Source: Octopus vulgaris (lineage: Eukaryota). Taken from it: a stretch of 64,000 nucleotides of DNA. Positions 1 to 13,353 of the stretch are shown one piece after another (positions within the stretch are counted from its first letter, which is position 1; every line of letters begins with the position of its first letter). The translations under genes were made by a program, and so were the position numbers. Location: NCBI GenBank assembly GCA_951406725.2, contig OX597821.1, positions 90,396,001 to 90,460,000 of the forward strand. The letters run 5' to 3'. The notes under the pieces are model-generated. The model saw nothing but the letters and a program-made list of their open reading frames with translations, did not search any database and was not told the DNA's origin.

Positions 1-406
1 ATTTGGTGATTTCCCCTCCCAGCTGCACGCACATCTGCGATATTTTTCTCAGTTCTGCTGGTTGCGGGTCTCCCAGGACGTTCGTCAATATCGACATTTT
101 TCGGCCATCTTGGAAACTTCTTAACCCCTTGTACGCTTGTGTGCGGCTCATACACTCCTCACCATACACTTTCTACACCTTTACGCAGGCCTCTGAGAGG
201 GTATCGCCATGGCAACTTTCTTTGTCGTGGTCAACGCGACGATCGCATGCTATACACCTTCCTTCCAAGCACTGTTGTAAACGGCGGAAGTGAGCTAGAA
301 CATTAAAACAGTGTGCATGCACAGCAGAGTTCATGGTCAATATTTGCCAAGCAGGTTTACTCTGCGTTACTATGGCATCAGTCTTGTTACTTATTGATCA
401 AACTTC

Positions 407-410
<4 letters not shown>
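1..410 (-). mobile_element. Tc1/mariner transposon 5' end, decayed: TIR plus N-terminal transposase remnant running off the window start
   Basis: Minus strand reads KVYGEECMSRTQAY...FQDGR/NVDIDERPGRPATSRTEKNIADVRAA across a frameshift, typical of the mariner HTH-GRP linker. Its end (ttattgatcaaacttcgTA) resembles the TIR at 8044-8074 and abuts (TA)n. Confidence 0.8.

Positions 411-476
<66 letters not shown>
408..476. repeat. (TA)n microsatellite at the mariner TA target site
   Basis: Pure TA run directly after the TIR. Confidence 0.95.
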
Positions 477-479
<3 letters not shown>

Positions 480-1087
480 AAAGGCTGGCGAGTTTACTTT
501 ATTCAGTTAGAAGGGTGTAACTTATGAGATTAGTGGGAGTATGGCTTAGAAATTCATCAACTCATAATGGAATATGAACGATAAAACTGTAATTGCATTC
601 ACCACATTGTAAAAGTGCATAGAGCCAGGATCATAATTTCGGCTACTTAGAAATATATCTCATTGTAGTCTGTTATACAGCAGAAAGACAGATTGTTCAA
701 TAATACTTATAAACGGTTCATAGAGCATATTATGCTGTAATTTGAAGAATATACAAGATATTCGCTGAATACGCATGTAAAAACATATGAACATTTCTTC
801 TCGGTCTCTGTGCGTGTGTATGTGTGTGCGTGTGTGCGAGGGGCCAGTGTGGTCATAGTTTGCCGTTACATATCAACTTTGTGTGTGTATGTAGCATGGT
901 TTTATGTATTTAAATATGTTCGTTTAATTTCAATATCAAAGCTGTAATGAATCTATTCCATGTTAAATCATACAGAAAATAGATGTTGGAAACAACTCAT
1001 TCTTCCAAACAATAACGCATACTTATTGCTATATATAGAAGTGTCAAAAACCTATTATCATTATTAATGCTGTTGTTGTTGTTGTTG

Positions 1088-1099
1088 TGATTATTATTA

Positions 1100-1184
<85 letters not shown>

Positions 1185-1216
1185 TACTATTATTATTATT
1201 ATTATTATTATTGTTA

Positions 1217-1274
<58 letters not shown>

Positions 1275-1288
1275 CGTTATCATTATTA

Positions 1289-1365
<77 letters not shown>

Positions 1366-1366
1366 G

Positions 1367-1423
<57 letters not shown>

Positions 1424-1457
1424 CGTTATTATTATTACTATTATTATTATTATTATC

Positions 1458-1504
<47 letters not shown>

Positions 1505-1520
1505 CGTTATTATTATTATC

Positions 1521-1585
<65 letters not shown>

Positions 1586-1590
1586 CATTA
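1088..1590. repeat. (ATT)n microsatellite, about 500 bp
   Basis: Long interrupted ATT tract; the source of the poly-I/L/Y ORFs. Confidence 0.98.
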
Positions 1591-2029
1591 TTATCCTTAT
1601 CTTTTTCTTTCAGTTTTGTTTCTATTTCTTGCCGAGTGTCTTCCCGACACCTACGGCAAAGAAACTCACTGTATACACCTGTAGGCCATTAAACTAAAGC
1701 ACAACGGATTGTTCATTTATAAAGTCGTGTGATAGAAAAAGAGAAAGAAAGAAAGGAAGAAGGAAAGAAGAAACACTTTTTTTTTTTTTTTTAAAAGGAA
1801 AAAGACAGTGAAAACAAGAAAACAGGACATAAAGGGGGAAATGGACGGAAAATTCACTGAGGCAATGCTCTTCTCAATACTTGTGACACACCAATTAAAA
1901 AAATGTCTTGCCCTTTTTGCATGAATGGCAAGTCAAGGATCATCCTCAAATAATTTTCAATTCCTTTTTTATCTTTTTCAGTGCCCCTACATTCAATGGT
2001 ATTATTTGATTTGGCTCAAGTTCGGTCTT

Positions 2030-2806
2030 ATTCCTGGTAGGATTTACGTGAGTAGCGGGTTACTGCTTGTAACCCTAGGTATCCACAAGTTCCAGTAGTC
2101 TTTCAAGTGTTTAGAACCCTCCAGATAATCCTTGCTGAACCCAACAGACAAACTTTTTGTATGAGCTTTACGGGGCGTTCCAATCTCTTTCAACCATTTG
2201 CCTGTATCTTTGCTTACTATTCCCACCACCCCCAATTATTATAGGCACGGCCTTGATAGTAATCAAACTCCAAATTCTTCATATTTCAAATTTTCAAGGA
2301 TTCTATTATTTTAATTTTTCTTCCTCTTTATTGACGATCCTGGAACCAAACGGGTATGAGCGGTCGATTAGTAAGCAACTTCGCTTTCCTTTTCTATAAT
2401 TGTCATGTCCAGTCTATTATTTATTTTTGTCCGTTTGAATAGGAAATTCCCACAAAATCTTACATGTCTCTGACTCTAGTACTTTATTGATTCTATGATT
2501 GTACCATGAGTTTCCAGTTTCAAATCCCCATTTCTAGCAAAGTTTCCAGTGTAAAACATTTACCACCTTGTTGTGCCTTCATTTCTTATATATTATTTAC
2601 ATCATTTACAATTGACGGATATATTTGTCCTCATGTTGTTTGTTGTTAACACAACGTTCATTTCTTATATTCTTCCTGTACCAACTTGGGGACTTTTGCT
2701 ACAATGTGTGCCACGGTCTCGTTCCAAGTCCCACAGACACTACATTTTACTGATACAATCTCTCCATATACATTTTTTTCTGAAGTCGTTTGTCTTTATC
2801 ATTTGA
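2030..2806 (-). mobile_element. R4/Dong-type non-LTR retrotransposon 3' fragment (zinc knuckle plus restriction-like endonuclease), pseudogenised
   Basis: Minus-strand motifs in order: KCSVCGTWNETVAHIVA, RHNKVVNVLHWKLA, KILWEFPIQTD, RLDMTIIEKGKRSCLLID, PIIIGVVGIV, QKVCLLGSARII. Contains stops and frameshifts. Confidence 0.85.
2592..2656 (-). mobile_element. About 65-bp insertion of a Penelope-like terminal-repeat fragment with a 14-bp TSD
   Basis: Nearly identical to the arm at 43110-43165; flanked by TTCATTTCTTATAT at 2578-2591 and 2657-2670. Confidence 0.75.
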
Positions 2807-2809
2807 TTT

Positions 2810-3451
2810 TTTTCTCCTTTGCCTGGTGGCTGTGGCAAAAGAGTTTGTTGGGTGGACAAGGCTGAGAGGCTTAAGGACAGTTACATCCCTCATTGGTAGA
2901 ACTCTCACTTGAAAAGAAAATTGAGGCTGGAGAGAGAAGTGCTGTCCTCGAGTGAGTTTATTGAAAGACGGATAGGTGAAAGCTGCAAAAATAGCAAGAG
3001 TCGATGGTACCTCTAGAAGTGTAGACCTGCGAGTCGGAAAGAAGGAACTGGAGAGGGCACTTGCTCTTAGGGTTTCAGGAAATTCCCGGACAGTGGGGTT
3101 CCTCGGTTATTCCTTGAAGCCTTCCTGTATCAGGAGGGCTATATCTCTATCATCCTCCGGCCATTTTTTAAATATATTTTAAAACCTTTGTATTCTTTGC
3201 ATAAATCCCTTCTTTTTCAGTCTACACCGTGTATACTTAATTTCTTTCTTTCTTTACATTTGTTTTCAACATTCCATTACTTGCAAACACCCACACTTTA
3301 TGTCCGTCTTTGTATTGGCCCCTCATTCTTTGCCCTTGTAGCAAATAAATGAAATTATACGGTTCTTTGCAAACCCTTTGTAACTTTCGTCCTGTGTTTT
3401 GTCCCTTTATGCTTTGATTAATTTTTGTCTGCCCTTGTGGCCAATAAACGA

Positions 3452-3453
<2 letters not shown>
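2810..3453 (+). mobile_element. Tx1/L1-like LINE 3' end (ORF2 C-terminus plus 3' UTR) ending in (ATT)n
   Basis: Reads CLVAVAKEFVGWTRLRGL...HLKRKLRLEREVLSSSEFIER, similar to 52103-52245; 3' end gcccttgtggccAATAAAcg. Clade assignment is an inference. Confidence 0.6.
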
Positions 3454-3523
<70 letters not shown>

Positions 3524-3524
<1 letters not shown>

Positions 3525-4020
3525 GAGTGAGCGAGCAGAGCATGCCATCAAAGTGACATTGGGGTAAAATATACGAAGCCCAGTATACCCATCATGACTA
3601 CCCGTCTGATAAGGGTACACCAGGCACATGCATCACAACCATATGTGCGCGACATGGTGATCTCATATCAAGATAAACAGCACATGACCTTGCAGTGGAG
3701 CCCAGTTAGAATTTTCTTCAGATCGAGTAACCCATCCCGCTCAAAAGGTCCCTGAATAAGGGTTGTTTAAGGACGTTGAACGAAACACCCATGTTTCCAG
3801 AGGTGAATTATTCAAACCCCAAAAAATCCTTCTCAGCACATGGCTATGATGCTCCCCCACTACTTCTGCTCGTGATCAGAGATGCACATATCGTCAGCCA
3901 CTAAGGGACATGCTCAACTGGTTAAGGTCAAACAACTGACAAGCAAATCTGTGGTATTGAGCAGAATATTTGCTGTAGCCCATCTTTTATACCAAGACAA
4001 AACAATGTACATGATAACAC
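3524..4020. mobile_element. About 500-bp non-coding interspersed element sitting inside an (ATT)n tract
   Basis: Complex sequence with sharp edges, bounded by (ATT)n at 3453-3523 and 4021-4084. Confidence 0.55.
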
Positions 4021-4084
<64 letters not shown>

Positions 4085-4366
4085 GTCGTTGTCGTTGATA
4101 AATATACGAAATGTTCGTAAGTGTAAGATTTATTGACACATGAAATGTTAAGTTCCATCGCATAAGTATTCTGATGGCACACTTCTGTCTTTCGCTTTCT
4201 CTTTCTCTCCCTCTCCCCTCTCCCTCCTCTCTCTCTCCTCCTCTCTCTCTCTCTCTCTCTCTTCTGTTTTTCTTTACTTTATATACACACATACACAAAC
4301 ATTTGTATATTTTGGAGGGGGTTAGTCTAATAGCAACATCTATCGACTATGTGAAGTACAGTTAGA

Positions 4367-4481
4367 TCATCGTCGTCGTCGTCGTCATCATCGCTGTCGT
4401 CGTTGTTGCCATTTTCATCGTCATCGTCATCATCATCATCATCATCATCATCGTCATCATCCTCATTACCATCATCGTCAC

Positions 4482-4541
<60 letters not shown>

Positions 4542-4653
4542 CATCTTCATCATCATCATCTCATCATCATCATCATCATCATCGTCACCATCATCATCAT
4601 CATCATCATCAAGGTCATCATCATCATCATCATCATCACCATCATCATCAAGG

Positions 4654-4695
<42 letters not shown>

Positions 4696-4800
4696 CCACC
4701 ATCACCATCACCACCATCATCATCATCATCAACATCATCATCATCGTCATCGTCATCGTCATCATCATCATCATCATCATCACAATCATCACCATCGTCC
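4367..4800. repeat. (CAT)n microsatellite with CGT/CAC variants
   Basis: Direct inspection; the source of the poly-D/M/H/S ORFs. Confidence 0.97.
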
Positions 4801-4871
4801 ATATTATTCACACCTCTATTATTGAACAATAATAAAATTCCTTAAGTCTGTCATCATTGTCAAGCGCTCAT

Positions 4872-5635
4872 CCACTACTACCACCACCACCACCACCACC
4901 ACCACCGCCATCACCACCACCACTACTACCATCACCACCACCACCACCACCACCACCATAATATTACTATTATGACTACCAGCGCAATAAGAACAGCAAC
5001 AATAACAACGACAATGCCAATAACAGCAGTCGACACTACCGCCCCAACAACAGCCAGCCAGCCGCAACCACTTCCACCACAACCACAGCATCAACAATAA
5101 CCACCATCACCACCACCACTGCCACCACCACAACAGCCACTGCAATATATTCCGTGCCAATTCCTTCAAGCTTATTCAGTTGACTTTGAGACATCCTTTT
5201 ATTCCAAAGCGTCCAACCATCACACATCCCTCACCGCCATTCCACACTACATCCCACACTACATCCAACTCAATAATGCTTCCGTCATCGTTACACATAT
5301 CTCTCACTAACCTACCGTCACCAGACCATTACAACGGCAGATACCTTTTTTCTGTAACACTTCCACCCACGCCACGCTAACATCGTCAGGAATTTCAATA
5401 CTTAACCATCACCACCACCAACAAGAACGAACCGAACGCCATTGTAATTAGCCTCACCAGTGCAGATGTCGACGCCGCCATCACTTCCCTCAGCACTGCT
5501 GCCTTCGACCATCATTCGTCACCATCAACACCACCACCACCACCACCACCACAAACACCACAAACACCACAAACACCACAAACACCACTTCAACAACGAT
5601 TGCCACCACCACCATCGCCACCGCCACTGCTACTG

Positions 5636-5683
<48 letters not shown>

Positions 5684-5889
5684 TTAGCACCACCACAACC
5701 ACCATCACCGCCACCACCACTACCATTACTACTATTACCACTACTGCAACTACTATTACTACTACTACTAACACTACTACTAATACCTCTACCTCTACCA
5801 CCGCAAGCACCAACACCACTAGTACCACTACTACTAATGCATCTACTTCTACCACCACTACCACCACCATCCCACTACTACTATTGTTG

Positions 5890-5975
<86 letters not shown>

Positions 5976-6299
5976 GTTGCTGTCATCACTACCTGAATAC
6001 CTCACGCTGTTTGATCAACCAAATTCTGAACTCTCCTTTTCCCTTTCAGCATGACTCGTTGATGATTATTTTATGCGTGTGGTGTAAATGTGTGTGTGTG
6101 TGTGTGTGTGTGTATTTGCATGTGTATGTGTGTGTTTATGCATGTGTATGTAGTGTGTTGTGTGTGTGTGTGTGTGTGTGTGTGTATGCTTGTGTGTGTC
6201 CGTGTGTACCCTTTTCGCCGTAGCAATCAATCATCACAATTGTTATGAACCCTCAGCACTGTCACCAGCCGTATCACCACTTTTAACACTACCACCACC

Positions 6300-6333
<34 letters not shown>

Positions 6334-6760
6334 TCACTGTAATTATCACTTTTAGCACCGCCGTCCGCATTAACAATATTACCACGACCACTACAGCCAC
6401 CACCACCACCACCACCACCACCATCACCACCACAACCACCAATGCCGCTGCCGCTGCCGCTATTCGTCTTCGCCGTCGTCTTCCTCCTCCTCCTCATCAT
6501 CATCATCATCATCATCATCACCACCACTATAGTTATGTTCTCAGATAGGCAGCATCCTCGCACCAACTCCATCACTTCTTCAGTCACTCTATCCATCACA
6601 ATGTCGCTCTCATGACCAGTAAAGAAAACCAACCACCAAAACTATCACCACAAAACCAACCACCAAGACCATCAGCATCACCATCACCACAACCAGCCCT
6701 ACCACTACGGACATTACCACCACCACCACCACCACCACCACCGTCGCCGCCGCCGCCACT
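4872..6760. repeat. Compound low-complexity field: (ACC)n, (ACT)n, (ATC)n and (GT)n
   Basis: Multiple degenerate trinucleotide tracts; (GT)n at about 6089-6200. Confidence 0.9.
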
Positions 6761-7065
6761 ACTTAACCCCTAACAAGACGACACGTTACAACACGGCCAT
6801 CATAAGCCAATGAACGAACCTCTGTATATGATTGACCAACATGCTAAACATAGCAGCCAAATCTTCCTCAGACCACACATTACCATCTTACAAAAAACAA
6901 AAGAACCGTGCTGGTGGCAATATTTTGGTAAATGTCTATGATGTCATGAATGAATGTGTGACATTGTTTCATCTGCTTGACAGAGCTGAACAGTCAAACA
7001 CACTTTCGCATACACCTTCAGTAATGAATGACGTCATATGCTGATACCGAAGTGTTGTCTGCACT

Positions 7066-7212
7066 TCCGCCGAGGCCGACTTTGCCTTTCATCCTTTCTG
7101 GGTCGATTATTAAGTACCAGATACGCACTGGGGTCGATATAATCGACTTAATCCGTTTGTCTGTCCTTGTTTGTTCCCTCTGTGTTTAGCCCCTTGTGGG
7201 TAGTAAAGAAAT
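7066..7212 (+). mobile_element. SINE-A, 5'-truncated copy
   Basis: ttccgccgaggccgactttgcctttcatcc...gccccttgtgggtagtaaagaaata. Confidence 0.85.
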
Positions 7213-7339
7213 ATATAATGTAATCTTGGGTTCCTAGAACATAGAGATAGGCTGTGATGGTCACGGCTGGGGTGCTTGCTTGATGACAGAATATTGAGAT
7301 AATCAATCCTCTCTCCACCACCTGCCTCTACTAACTCTC

Positions 7340-7600
7340 ACCACACTTTCTCCCTACTACCTCTTTCTATCACCTCTTCCTACAACTTCTCGTCCCCAAC
7401 ATTCCCTACTACCTCTACCCACCACAATTCCTTACTACTTCTTTCCCCCACCTCTCCCTACTACCTCTTTCTATCACCTCTTCCTACAACTTCTCGTCCC
7501 CAAACATTCCCTAGTACCTCTACCCACCACATTTCCCTACTACCTCTTTCCCCCACCTCTCCCTTCTACCGCTTTCTCCACCACTTCTCCTATTGATTCT
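7340..7600. repeat. C/T-rich minisatellite, two copies of a unit of about 105 bp
   Basis: ctccctactacctctttctatcacctcttcctacaacttctcgtcccc occurs at about 7350 and about 7454. Confidence 0.85.
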
Positions 7601-7858
7601 CCCACCCTACACAACCACTTCGATGACTGTCATTTTCAGGGTGTTTTGGCATTGAATCAACCGAGCGATCAAGCATCAATGGATTAACCTCAAACTGTTG
7701 GCAGTCAGTTAACAGACCAACGTCAACGCACTATATAACCTGACCACCACACCGAGCCGTGCATCACAATTCGCCTCTTACCACAACAGACTCTTACCAA
7801 CACCGCTGCCGCTATTCACCTCAAACTGTGCTTCGTCTCACTACACACCACGACATCT

Positions 7859-8074
7859 TAGTGGTCAGATCAATAAGTATCCGGACAGTAGCTATTGTAA
7901 CGAAGCTAAAACACGGAGAGTAAAGCTGTTTGGGACGGATTGACCACGAACGCAAAACCTTACTGCGCATTCACAGCAGAGTTCAAGGTCAATCTGTGCG
8001 AAGCGGCTTCACTCTGCGTGCTTTAGCTCTGTTACTATGCCAACAGTCCGGATACTTATTGATCAGACCTCGTA
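7859..8074. mobile_element. Palindromic mariner-derived MITE
   Basis: TIR core gatcaataagtatccggac at both ends, TA flanks, and imperfect inverted arms of about 90 bp. The right arm is similar to 318-410. Confidence 0.8.
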
Positions 8075-8609
8075 CGCTATGTCACACAATTCTACACCAC
8101 ACAAATACCACACTAACACTATCAGCCACCAAATTGATTCTCAACCGTTTTTTTGTTTCATTTTTTTTGTTTTACCTAGGAACCCCTTTGATTCCTATTT
8201 TCTCCAAGTAGACCCTGATAGCTATTCTATGTTTAAATATCCTATTATATTTTTTTAATTATGTTGTTAAGGTTATTTCTCCAGAAATTATAGCCAATAC
8301 TGATTTCTCGCTAAAACGTTTCGTATCGAGATGTCAGATGTAAAACAAACAATGAAATCTAAGACAAAAATCGACATTGAGTCTATATGCCATATTTCAG
8401 GGATTTTTGCCCCTTCATCAGAACCCATCTTTATAGTATCTACAGCATTTATTTTATAGTATTTAATATATTTTATAGTATATTATGGTTGCATAACGAG
8501 ATATCACGTGCCTACAAGTAATTATATTTTTGAAATTAAATATTATTAGTAATTATAAGGTGCTGGCAGAATAGCTGACGCGCCAGTAGAGACATTCTTA
8601 GCGGCATAT

Positions 8610-8820
8610 TGGGGGGACAAATGACAGACACACACATACATATACATATATATACATATATACGGCGAGTTTCTTTCAGTTTCCGTCTACCAAATCCACT
8701 CACAAGGCTTTGGTTGGCCCGAGGCTATAGTAGAAGACACTTGACCAAGGTGCCACGCAGTGGAACTGAACCCGGAACCATGTAATTCGTAAGCAAGCTA
8801 CTTACCACACAGCCACTCCT
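8610..8820 (-). mobile_element. SINE-B (tRNA-like head, CORE-like ttgggcaagtgtcttc segment), partial
   Basis: Reverse complement of aggagtggctgtgtggtaagtagcttgc...gtagacggaaactgaaagaa. Confidence 0.85.
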
Positions 8821-8875
8821 AAAAAAATAGTTAAAATATATTTGTGTATTCTAGAAGTATAACCAATTTATTGCT

Positions 8876-9281
8876 TTCTTTACTTGTTTCAATCATCTGA
8901 CCGCGGCCATGCTGGAGCACCGCCTTTAATCGAGCAACTCGACCCCGGGACTTATTCTTTTGTAAGCCCAGTACTTATTCTATCGGTCGCTTTTGCCGAA
9001 CCGCTCAGTAACGGGGACATAAACACACCAGCATCGGTTGTCAAGCAATGCTAGGGGGACAAACACAGACACACAAACACACAAACACACACACATATAT
9101 ACATCTATATACATATATACGACGGGCTTCTTTCAGTTTCCGTCTAACAAATCCACTCGCAAGGCTTTGGTCGGCCCGAGGCTATAGTAGAAGACACTTG
9201 CCCAAGGTGCCACGCAGTGGGATTGAACCCGGAACCATGTGGCTGGTAAACAAGCAACTTACCACACAGTCACTCCTGCGC
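8876..9281 (-). mobile_element. SINE-B, full length
   Basis: Head, internal (TA/TG)n and tail ending ...ggcggtgctccagcatggccgc...gaaacaagtaaa. Confidence 0.9.
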
Positions 9282-10139
9282 TATGTAAATTTTGACAACA
9301 AAATCTTATACAGACTCCACCTTGAATGGACATGTGGACCTGGATTGAGAACCACTGAACGACTTACTATAGCGCAGCGCACTGCACACCACTCTATTTC
9401 AGTACATTCACCATGACACCCCACTAAACTACCACATCACACTCCATATATTGCTTGCCTCACTGCAAACTACAGAAACCACAATCAAAATATCACACGA
9501 ATTTCACACTTCCACACCACGTCACGTACCACCCCATACCTTAACGTACCACACCAGACATCCAACTGTCACATCACACACACACACACACTCACATACG
9601 TCGTATCACACTACACTAAACACTACAGCCCCACCACACCATCCTACCTTGTGTTACACACCAAACGATTGAACACCAAACAAAACTTCATAACACCAGG
9701 CTATAGCAACAACATCTCCACTTCCAACCTACGCCAAACCTAAGTCGTCTGTTAAGGACAAACAAACAAAACTAAACCTGGTTGCTATGACTACATCATC
9801 TTTAAAGAATTCATTAAAGTCATAACATGACCAATGACAAACAGCAACAACAAAACCACAACAATAACAACACCTACAACATCAAGCCAGCCACAGAACC
9901 TTTTTGTAGTTCACTCAGCCAGTTATAAATTGCAACGAAATCTCCAATAAATTATCACCCTTTGAGTAACATATTCTTAGATATACTTAGACTGAAAATA
10001 AGATGGGATGCTCACGGCTGGAACACCTACGTTCATAGGTCTACTAAATCAGAGTTGATGCTAATCTAAATAAGAAAGTGTTACAGCAAAGAGTACCAGT
10101 TATATCTATAACGAAACAAAGCCAATAACATTGGTAATA

Positions 10140-10750
10140 AATAAATATAATAATAATGATTTCAAATTTTGCCAGAAGGACAGCAGTTTAGGGAAAAGGA
10201 TGAGTCGATTACATCAACTCCAGTGATCAACAGGTATTTCATTTTATCGATCCTGAAAGAATGAAAAGAAAAGTCGGCTTTGGCGAAATTTGAACTCAGA
10301 ATGTAGCGACGGTCGAAATACCTATTTCTTTACTACCCACAAGGAGCTAAACACAGAGAGAACAAACAAGGACAGACAAACGGATTAAGTCGATTATATC
10401 GATCCCAGTGCGTAACTGGTACTTATTTAATCGACCCCGAAAGGATGAAAGGCAAAGTCGACCTCGGCGGAATTTGAACTCAGAACGTAACGGCAGACGA
10501 AATACAGCTACGCATTTCGCCTGGCGTGCTAACGATTCTGCCAACTCGGCTCCGCCTTAATAACTATAATAAAGAAAAATGATTTCAAATTTTGAGACAC
10601 GAGCAGCAAATTCGGTGTAGGCGATCAACTAGAATTTCAATTTATCGACTACGAAAATTGTAAGCAATTTCGGCTTCGACGGAATTTGAACTCAGAACCT
10701 AAAGACGAACGAAATGTTACTAAGGATATTTTGTTTCGGTGTGGTAACGA
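10140..10750 (-). mobile_element. SINE-A cluster: a good copy at about 10320-10557 joined to older copies
   Basis: Repeated gatgaaaggcaaagtcgacctcggcggaatttgaactcagaacg motif. Confidence 0.85.
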
Positions 10751-10914
10751 TTCACAATGCTGACAACATTTTGCCAGAGAGGAGGTCTGTTAATAGCATC
10801 TATCCTCTTATGTTACTGGTAATTTTATTAACTATGGTGTGATGAAAGAGATGTAGTCAAATATTTAAACATAGATGAAAGATCAAACCGACTTGCGGTA
10901 TTATTATTTTGTAC

Positions 10915-10949
<35 letters not shown>

Positions 10950-11036
10950 AGTACAATAATGTATCGTTTTCCTGTATATATGTATACGCAAACTTTTCGA
11001 TAATATGTGATCCTCTCCATTTTTACTTTCTTGCGC

Positions 11037-11087
<51 letters not shown>

Positions 11088-11329
11088 CGTCTGTGTGTCT
11101 GTGTACAAAACTCACCTTGTGCAAACATACGCTGATATTTTTAGAGTAAAACTATTATATGAAAACATTTGTTATGTAAAAACTCAATAAAGTATTTTTA
11201 TTTTCATATAAATACATATATAATAGAAATATTTGCTTTCCATGTCAAAAAAAAAAGTAAAAGAAAATTCGTTTTATTCAAATATACAAATTTATCGCAT
11301 TTTCTCAACTCAATATTCTTTATACGCAT

Positions 11330-11570
11330 GGGCTGCTAGCTGGCAGAATAGTTAGCCTGGCCTGGCGAAATGCTTAGCGTTATTTCGTCTGCCGTTACGT
11401 TCTGAGTTCGAGTTCCGCCGAGGTCGACTTTGTCTTTCATCCTTTCGGGATCGATAAATTAAGTACCAGTTACGCACTGGGGCCGATGTAATCGACTTAA
11501 TCCGTTTGTCTGTCCTTGTTTGTCCCCTCTGTGTTTAGTCCCTTGTGGGTAGTAAAGAAATAGGTATTTC
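11330..11570 (+). mobile_element. SINE-A
   Basis: Full head-to-tail match to the other copies. Confidence 0.9.
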
Positions 11571-12317
11571 GTTTGTGTCAGTTGTTGCCGTAGTGCTTAG
11601 CCAGAAGGAATGGAGAGAAAGAATGTTTACTCGGACCTCAGTGAGTCGGATATATCAACCTCTCAGGAGGAGTTGGCAAGGGCGATCAGTATGCTGGACA
11701 AGGTTCGGATGGAAGAGCAACGCACGCAGGAGCGATGAAACCAACCAGAAAAGTGGTAGACCTGTCCAAGTTACCGGATTGTCAAAAATTGGTGATGAAA
11801 GTAGGCGGAGACGCCGAGTTGTCACAGCCAAGGAAAATGATAAAAAGTTTCAAGAGGAAAGCAATAACCTACAGAGTGTTCGCCACAGAAAAATGAAAAG
11901 TAGATATGGTTGGTATTTAAAATTTTTGTTGCATTTCTAATCTTTCTATTGTCTAAGGATGGATATTTATGCGTATGAATCTTTTTCTTTTTATTTTGTT
12001 TCAAATATAATTCTAGGGAACTGAAAAACTGTGTACGATTACGATAAAGCAATGTTTAGCAATGTTTACATTTTGACAAATTGCTTTCCATTCACAGATA
12101 ACACTACGCAGATAATAAGTTCACATAAATACAGACAATACGATTGGCTAATATTCGCAGTTTTAATCGACGATTAAAGTCATAAAATAGATTTTTCTCA
12201 AATAAACTAGTTGCAACTAGTGTCTTGTTTTGAGACACTGTATTACAACACGAAGTTTCAAATTATTTAGTTAAGTAGAAAGATCTGTTCTTGTGGCTTC
12301 AAAACCGAAAAGATCCC

Positions 12318-12400
12318 TACTACCACTACTACTACTACTACTACAACTACTACTTCTACTAACACCAGCACCACCACCACCACTACTACTACCACCACCA

Positions 12401-12443
<43 letters not shown>

Positions 12444-12603
12444 AACTACTACTTCTACTAACACCACCGCCACCACCGCCACCACTGCTACTACCACCAC
12501 CTCCATCACTACTACTACTACTACCACCACCACCTCCACCACCACCACTACTGCTACTACTACCACCACCACCACCACCACTACTGCTACTACTACTACC
12601 ACT

Positions 12604-12638
<35 letters not shown>

Positions 12639-12715
12639 AACTACTACTGCTGCAAGAACAACAACAACAGCAGCAGCAACAGCAGCAGCAACAGCAGCAG
12701 CAACAACAACACCGC
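12318..12715. repeat. (ACT/ACC)n grading into (CAA/CAG)n
   Basis: Direct inspection. Confidence 0.95.
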
Positions 12716-13304
12716 TACCGTTCCCATCACTACCATCAACATCAGCGCCACTGATATTTCTACCGTTTCTCTATCAACACCAATTGCTGCGACATCCCTG
12801 ACAACAACGTCACATGTCACAGCTTCAGTTTGTCAACGTAACTTCGCTTATTATTATTGGATTTTGATTGACGCAGAAAGCAACAGAAAAAAAAAACAAA
12901 AACAACACAAGCATTCAAAGGTGACAATACAAGGGTTGGTTGATTGATCTATCAACATCTCCTCCACCATAATGGGGTGTTGAGAGATCAAAAGGTGATA
13001 ATAGAGGGTGGATAGATCAAAGAAAATACCAAGATTTTCGTTATACTTGATGAGGTGTTTTGTTACTCGCAGAAATCCTTGATACGATACAAAAAAAAAA
13101 AAGGGGAAAAAATTAGCTTCAGCAAACAATAACTAATAGCAATAATATTCCTTTCTTTTCAAGCCGCAATGGAACATACATGCAAGATAGACAACATGAC
13201 ATGTCATACGAAGGAGCTTACGTAACTTAAAGGGATTTACGAAAACATATATATATATGCGTATAATCATACCTGCGTATATATGTGATCATACACACAG
13301 ATGC

Positions 13305-13305
<1 letters not shown>

Positions 13306-13353
<48 letters not shown>

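Noticed and set aside
1044-6632. Long ORFs encoding poly-I/L/Y/D/H/V/P
   Set aside because: They are translations of trinucleotide microsatellites, with no splice or domain context
8312-8425. Minus-strand CTGATGA...GAAACG hammerhead, and a similar weak case at 28170-28222
   Set aside because: Stem II does not close convincingly and the core words are too far apart or degenerate
11545-11940. 131-aa ORF as a possible exon
   Set aside because: It starts inside a SINE tail, has no recognisable domain and no convincing splice sites
12293-12754. Pro/Leu/poly-Q ORF resembling a transcription-factor region
   Set aside because: It consists entirely of (ACT/ACC/CAG)n repeat and is open in several frames
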